Source: Microthyrium microscopicum
Lineage: Eukaryota
DNA length: 64,000 nt
Direction of reading: 5' to 3'
Assembly: GCA_010405405.1 (NCBI GenBank)
Contig: MU004235.1
Location: 2,348,506 to 2,412,505, forward strand
Shown here: piece after piece, positions 62,524 to 64,000 of the stretch
How positions within the stretch are numbered: the stretch's first letter is position 1
Layout of the letters: each line of letters begins with the position of its first letter
Notes under the pieces: model-generated
Told to the model about the DNA's origin: nothing
The model's database searches: none
Seen by the model: the letters and a program-made list of their open reading frames with translations, nothing else
Translations under genes and position numbers: made by a program

Positions 62524-63258
62524 TCAGCAGTTATCATGATCTTGGCGTACGATAACATTATATAAAGCGTCCTGACTGAAAGCTTGACCACCAACCCCCC
62601 ATCCAAGACATGCCTTGTAGATGGCTGTCGCCCCTTGAGCAATGAACACATAGCCAGAGATTGTGAGCGTTCTCACGCTCTAGTCACACCATTTAATGAA
62701 TTATAAATTTACTGAGATCGAAAGAGCTTACATCATTGCACCACCAGATTGCAGAATCCCAGGAGCAACTTACTCGCGCGCAAGTTCTGGGCCCGGGGCC
62801 TAGTGAAGGTCTGCCATGTAGCTGCTCCAGATAGTGAATTCCGTCTAGAATTGCATATTGGTTGGCGGCTATCCAGCCGAATTGTCCGAACAAGCAAACA
62901 ACTCTGAATAAATCATTGGATGCTTTGTTTGATACTTGATTTTCTTCTATTGGGATCGATGGAGCGGTGATGTTGAGATCCTTTCGCCAGCTTGGCTTGA
63001 TAAGGTCAAGTTGAGCCATGACGGCCTGTATTGTGCCATTCAAGCTTTCCGCTTGACTGCCCAAGATGTCTGGAAAATCCCATTTCAAGACCTCAACTCC
63101 ATATCCTGGAATAGGTGCTTTAATATCTTGTTCCAGAGCCACTGCCTGTTTAAGAAACTGGTTAGATTTAGTATGATTTAATACAACTACCAATGGCTAC
63201 GTACTAGTGTAGAAGTAATGGACAACAGTAGTGACAAAGCGCGAGTGAAGGCAATCAT
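62524..63258 (-). CDS. Small secreted Cys-containing protein (effector-like), 3 exons
   Basis: Signal-peptide-like MIAFTRALSLLLSITSTL|AVA, then APIPGYGV, LNGTIQAV, GIHYL, PGPRTCARVSCSWDSAIWWCND| and final exon ...GGQAFSQDALYNVIVRQDHDNC*. This is a recurrent fungal secreted family. Confidence 0.75.
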
Positions 63259-64000
63259 TTTGCTAAGAACTTAGATTGTATTGTGTTCATGCAATCATGA
63301 AGACTTCAATGTGACCCGTTAAAGTCGTTCGAAATTCACTTCATATCGAGTGCTAGTCATTCTTTTATAATTACTACACACCCAAACGTTGCCACAAGGT
63401 AGTGACAGTGCTATAATAGTACTCAGACACAAACATCTGGGAAGATAATACCACGTGTGCTTAGCATAGTGATATAGTCTCTGGGACTGTTGTACCAAAA
63501 ACGATACTTAGTAGTACAGCTAGTAGCTTTGTAGCTCCGATGAGATTTAGTTCAAGGATCACCTTTTCAACGTAGTTAAGAAGCGAACAGTCTGGAGTAG
63601 CACTATTAGACGGTCGCAACAGTGCAATCAGCCAGTTTTGCCAAGTGATGGATATATTGGATTGTTGGAGCCTGAAGCATAAAGAGTAGTAATATTGCCA
63701 CAAGCTTTTTGACTTTACACAAGCCGGACGTAATCATGGGATCAATTATTCGGAGTACAAATCACAATATTATCAATAGTGCTACAACTACCTCACTTTA
63801 GCTACTCACACAAAGGCTTGATTCACTATAAACGGAGAAAAACGGAACTAGTCAAGGCAACTCGCATGAAGACTCGCTCTTATTCAGTGTTGTATTTCGA
63901 CGAGTTATACACCAAGTTTTCTTCAACTCAGCTAGGGGTTCGTGTTGCTCGAACAAACTCTACATCGGCCATTGAAATTCTCTCCAAAGGAACGGTAATC

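Overview
Fungal (filamentous ascomycete) genomic DNA with short spliceosomal introns. Conserved housekeeping genes include URA4, GTS1, a WD40-cyclophilin, a GCK-III STE20 kinase, ERG6, SLT11, MZM1 and ZUO1. They are interleaved with accessory immunity-type genes: two tandem BTB genes, a NACHT NLR-like gene, a three-gene tandem HET-domain cluster (membrane-anchored HET, frameshifted HET, kinase-HET fusion), a fourth HET gene, a KP4-like fragment and an F-box gene with a premature stop. The fourth HET gene is bracketed by the ZUO1 3' end and a synonymously diverged second copy of that end. The right part of the window (51711-62194) is an AT-rich, RIP-mutated element of about 10.5 kb with 33-bp TIRs and a TA target-site duplication. 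Manual reversal of RIP changes reveals a pogo-type DDE transposase relic near its left end, a piggyBac-type transposase relic near its right end, and palindrome-rich tandem arrays between them. All family calls come from motif recognition by eye, and no searches were run.
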